Shown here one piece after another: positions 61,012 through 64,000 of a stretch of 64,000 nucleotides of DNA. The position numbers and the translations under genes were made by a program. Within the stretch, counting starts at the first letter, position 1; each line of letters begins with the position of its first letter. Under the pieces are notes generated by a model. The model did no database searches. It was not told the DNA's origin and was given only the letters and a program-made list of their open reading frames with translations. Source of the DNA: an uncultured bacterium (GTDB lineage: Bacteria; Acidobacteriota; HRBIN11; JAKEFK01); contig CAWJJO010000012.1 of NCBI GenBank assembly GCA_963843285.1, positions 60,864-124,863 on the forward strand, given 5' to 3'.

Positions 61012-62211
61012 TTAAAAGGACGGACCGCCGCTAAAAATGATGCGAGTTGTTTCATTGCTGCGAGCCAATTCAATTCGCAGAGCAGTTAAAGCAGGTGTGT
61101 GGAATCTCACGCCGATTCCGTAACTATCGTGAAGGTCTTCAAAATTCAGGTCGCTGGTTCTTGAAGCGACCTTTCCCACCTCATAGAAGATCGCCATATC
61201 CATGAATTTGGAAGGAGTCCACCGGTATTCCGCCGTGAGTAACATCCGGTGGCGGTCCATAAATCGAAAGTCCCGAAAACCGCGAAGCTCCGATCCCCCG
61301 CCCAGCTTCGGCAACAGATAAAATGGAATCTGCTGGTCATTATCCAGTTCTGTAAAAGAAGCAAGTCCTCTGAACGATAGGACCTGGTTCGCTCTCAGGA
61401 TCGGAAGATGCTGGATGAGCTCGACATCCCAACGCTTGAAGTTGAATCCATCACCCTCTTGCTGACTGTAATCGCTCCAATCGACCCGGTAAGACCCGCC
61501 GCTGGTGGTGTATCCTGGTGATTGCCTCCAGTCAAATTGAAAGAAAGCACTACCCACCACGTATCGGGAATCGAGATTCAAACCGGGAACTTCCGCGGGC
61601 GAGAATATTTCCTCAATCGATGGAACGGACGAGGATTCTCCTGCTGCGGTGTCGTAGTCTTCATAAGATAATTCGCCGCCTGCGCGGAGGTAGCGGGCAA
61701 TATCAAGCGACTCCGATATTCTGGCGCTCTTCGGTGTAAAGGCATAATTCGTTTCATTCTCATTCAGGCTGTTGTTCCCGACTCCGAAAAACGCAACTTG
61801 TGGAGCATCCTGGTATTTCACTCGAATCACGCTTCTCAACCGGTCTTGAGCAAGCAAGGGCAGGTGCAATGACGTAGCCAGAAGTTTGGTACTCGTAATT
61901 GTAATCGAACCATGGATATCGAAAGCGGCCGTATCGGCAAATAGCTTCCGATAACCGCCGCCAAATGAGGATCCGCCGCTTGGAAACGCGCTTCCAAAAA
62001 GGATCGGATAGAATCCCATGCCGGTGCCGCTAACCAATCCCCATTTCTGGATTTTCACAACAAGTGCTTCCGCTTTGTTTGGCCTGAATGGCTGCAACAT
62101 GGTTGCTTTTTTTGCCTGTTCCTCTTTTAGTTTTTCTGCGCGTGTCTCTTCTGCCGTGGCATTCCCGTAGATCAAAACCAGGGAAAATAGAATTGCCGCG
62201 CGACGCCACAA
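61012..62211 (-). CDS. Omp85/BamA-family (bacterial surface antigen D15) beta-barrel protein without POTRA repeats
   Basis: 399 aa, TTG start. LRGFRDFRF, TAEYRW, YGIGVRF and the C-terminal ...RIIFSGGPSF are typical of the Omp85 barrel. Confidence 0.7.
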   Translation of the reverse strand: MWRRAAILFSLVLIYGNATAEETRAEKLKEEQAKKATMLQPFRPNKAEALVVKIQKWGLVSGTGMGFYPILFGSAFPSGGSSFGGGYRKLFADTAAFDIHGSITITSTKLLATSLHLPLLAQDRLRSVIRVKYQDAPQVAFFGVGNNSLNENETNYAFTPKSARISESLDIARYLRAGGELSYEDYDTAAGESSSVPSIEEIFSPAEVPGLNLDSRYVVGSAFFQFDWRQSPGYTTSGGSYRVDWSDYSQQEGDGFNFKRWDVELIQHLPILRANQVLSFRGLASFTELDNDQQIPFYLLPKLGGGSELRGFRDFRFMDRHRMLLTAEYRWTPSKFMDMAIFYEVGKVASRTSDLNFEDLHDSYGIGVRFHTPALTALRIELARSNETTRIIFSGGPSF

Positions 62212-62657
62212 AGCAAAAGAACGATTAGGAATCGTTGTTATCTAATTTCATCAGTTACCTCCGCCGCCCCATATGCGGCTCTCTCCAAATAGTTAGTGCT
62301 TCCAGCCTGACACAATGGCATTTTACATTTCTGCATCGAACAGAGCAATGCGCGGCGCGGCACCGACGCTTCAACCGGTGGCGATATCGCTTGCGCGAAT
62401 CTGACGATTACGGAAGAATGTCTGGTTCAACAACGTGGAACGGGTGTTAAATGCGGTGCGCGAGATACCATAATTGCCGAACGAATCGCTCGCCGAGGCA
62501 TTCCGGTCGCCATACGGTTGATTCGCGGGCTCACCGGCTCCATTTTCTTTCACATTGGCCTTGAACGCATCTATCTGTAAAATAATAGGTGTGGACGCCG
62601 GCCCAACCGGACGTTGTTTGCAATGTATTGGATTGGATAGAAGAAGGAAAACTTCAA

Positions 62658-64000
62658 ATGACCCCAATGCTGAAACGAGTCCTGCGTCGGATTCTTCTTA
62701 GCGCTTTCATCCTCTTCGGAATTGTGATTGCAGGCGCCCTTCTAATCCAAACGTTCCTTTCCAGCTTTTTACAAAATTATGTGCGCAGTGAACTTGGTTG
62801 GTCTCTGAAAATTGGCTCAGCGGACATCCAATTCCAACCACTTTCCGTTCGTTTAGAGAATATCGAACTATCGGCAGGCGGTCAGAAGCCATTTTTTCAG
62901 GCTAAATCTGCATCGGCCTCTCTGCCTTATTCCTCATTCTGGAGTGAAGAATTCTTGATTCGTCAATTGACTCTGGATTCTCCCAGAGTCGATCTGGATC
63001 TACTGCCCACACGGAGCGGCTCAAAGAACGAGACGGCACAGCAAACGAAAGCTTTCCGGATTGACAGCGCGATTGTTCAGCAAGGAGAAGTTCAATTTAA
63101 GGAAAATCAGTTCAAGGAAATCAATATCGACACCGGGATCGACTCGCAAGAAGTCCGGATGCGTAAGCTGACCTCCAAATACAACGATATCTATCTGCAG
63201 ATTGAGGGGGCTGTCAAAGGCTGGGACAAACCTGAGCTGGACCTTTCCTATGAAGTCCAGGGGGATGCTGCAGGAATTGCATCCTTATTCCCGTCTGAAA
63301 TGGAGTTAAAAGGAGCGTTCTCGGCGAGCGGAACAGCAAAGGGAGCACTGCTGCAGCCAATCATTTCGGGACATGTGGAATGCGCAAACATGATCTTGCG
63401 CGACAGTGTTCCGTTCTCGATAGCGGCACAATACCAATACGATTCCCAGAATCAATCGCATCCCATCTCCGTCACCGCAGATTTCGGCTCCGTTCCACTG
63501 GAGGTAATTGGGAACTACTGGCAGGAAATGCCACAATTTTCTTCCACGGGAAGCGGTACAGTTCACTATTCTGGAGATACCGACTTCTGGAAAGGAGAAG
63601 GCGACATAGCAGTTGGGCTGGAGCCCAAAATCGGCGCAAAGATGCCGCTTGCAGGGAAAATTCACGCGCGTCTCCAAAATGGGTTACTGCAAATCCACAG
63701 CAGCAATTTGCGGCTCCAGAACTCAAACTTGAGCGCAAACGGAACATTATCCGAAAATCAACTCCTGGTAAATGCGGATTTCCAGAGCTCTAGATTAAAA
63801 GACATTGCGTTTCTCTACCCGGGGCTTGCCCTGGCTCACGGCGAATATCAGGTTCATGCTCAGTTGGCAGGCGCTTACCGCGATATCAACGTTCGCGGGG
63901 AGATCACCGGACGATCGGGTGAATCTACGATCGAAGCAAAAGGAAGCACGCGCACGGGAACCAGGATGATTTCCGTGGAATTTCACGGAAATGCAGAAGC
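62658..64000 (+). CDS. TamB/AsmA-like large envelope protein; 3' end cut by the window edge
   Basis: Absent from the ORF track (no stop in window). Translation from the ATG at 62658 is open to base 64000: MTPMLKRVLRRILLSAFILFGIVIAGALLIQTF (N-terminal anchor), then repetitive beta-rich sequence (LKIGSADIQFQPLSVRLENIELS...). It sits beside the Omp85 gene, which supports the call. Confidence 0.5.
   Translation, partial: MTPMLKRVLRRILLSAFILFGIVIAGALLIQTFLSSFLQNYVRSELGWSLKIGSADIQFQPLSVRLENIELSAGGQKPFFQAKSASASLPYSSFWSEEFLIRQLTLDSPRVDLDLLPTRSGSKNETAQQTKAFRIDSAIVQQGEVQFKENQFKEINIDTGIDSQEVRMRKLTSKYNDIYLQIEGAVKGWDKPELDLSYEVQGDAAGIASLFPSEMELKGAFSASGTAKGALLQPIISGHVECANMILRDSVPFSIAAQYQYDSQNQSHPISVTADFGSVPLEVIGNYWQEMPQFSSTGSGTVHYSGDTDFWKGEGDIAVGLEPKIGAKMPLAGKIHARLQNGLLQIHSSNLRLQNSNLSANGTLSENQLLVNADFQSSRLKDIAFLYPGLALAHGEYQVHAQLAGAYRDINVRGEITGRSGESTIEAKGSTRTGTRMISVEFHGNAE

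Noticed and set aside
62371-62667. 98-aa minus-strand ORF in the 446-nt gap between the Omp85 and TamB-like genes.
   Set aside because: Its start overlaps the TamB-like start. It has no SD, no recognisable family and a low-complexity composition. The gap more likely holds divergent promoters.

Overview
64-kb chromosomal segment from a diderm (Gram-negative-type) bacterium. Gene content and the G-rich hairpin repeats suggest an uncultured Acidobacteriota-like lineage, but that is inference only. I saw no rRNA, tRNA, CRISPR array, transposase, integrase or recognisable defence gene. Left to right: an edge-truncated esterase; a dcuA-aspA-ansB asparagine/aspartate operon; an RND efflux operon (MFP-RND-OMF) plus a DUF4136 lipoprotein; an orphan conserved protein, BASS symporter, ABM-domain protein, DcaP-like porin and a decayed glutaminase; class II FBP aldolase; a SYLF protein; a sortase plus LPKTAS-substrate pair directly behind a complete F1Fo ATP synthase operon (atpBEFHAGDC). 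Next comes a glycogen/alpha-glucan catabolic neighbourhood (pgm, glgP, glgX, GH63-like, GH13) interleaved with phosphoketolase, acetate kinase, a pflB stub, a CHAD protein and an unusual cNMP-domain/GspE-N/PilT ATPase fusion. The right end holds a membrane-anchored PLC-like protein, a TAXI-type binding protein, a 1050-aa permease-Usp-DUF389 fusion next to a beta-carbonic anhydrase, and an envelope cluster (DUF481, DUF4177, Omp85, edge-truncated TamB/AsmA-like). At least 12 genes, including atpA, atpG and atpC, are broken by single-base frameshifts. Assembly indel error is therefore the first suspicion, with gene decay the alternative. Four or more families of dispersed palindromic or direct repeats occupy the intergenic regions. 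The best candidates for follow-up are the PilT fusion with its repeated 5' elements, the sortase/substrate pair, and an aspartase with an apparent Sec signal peptide. All homology statements come from motif recognition by eye; no searches were run.
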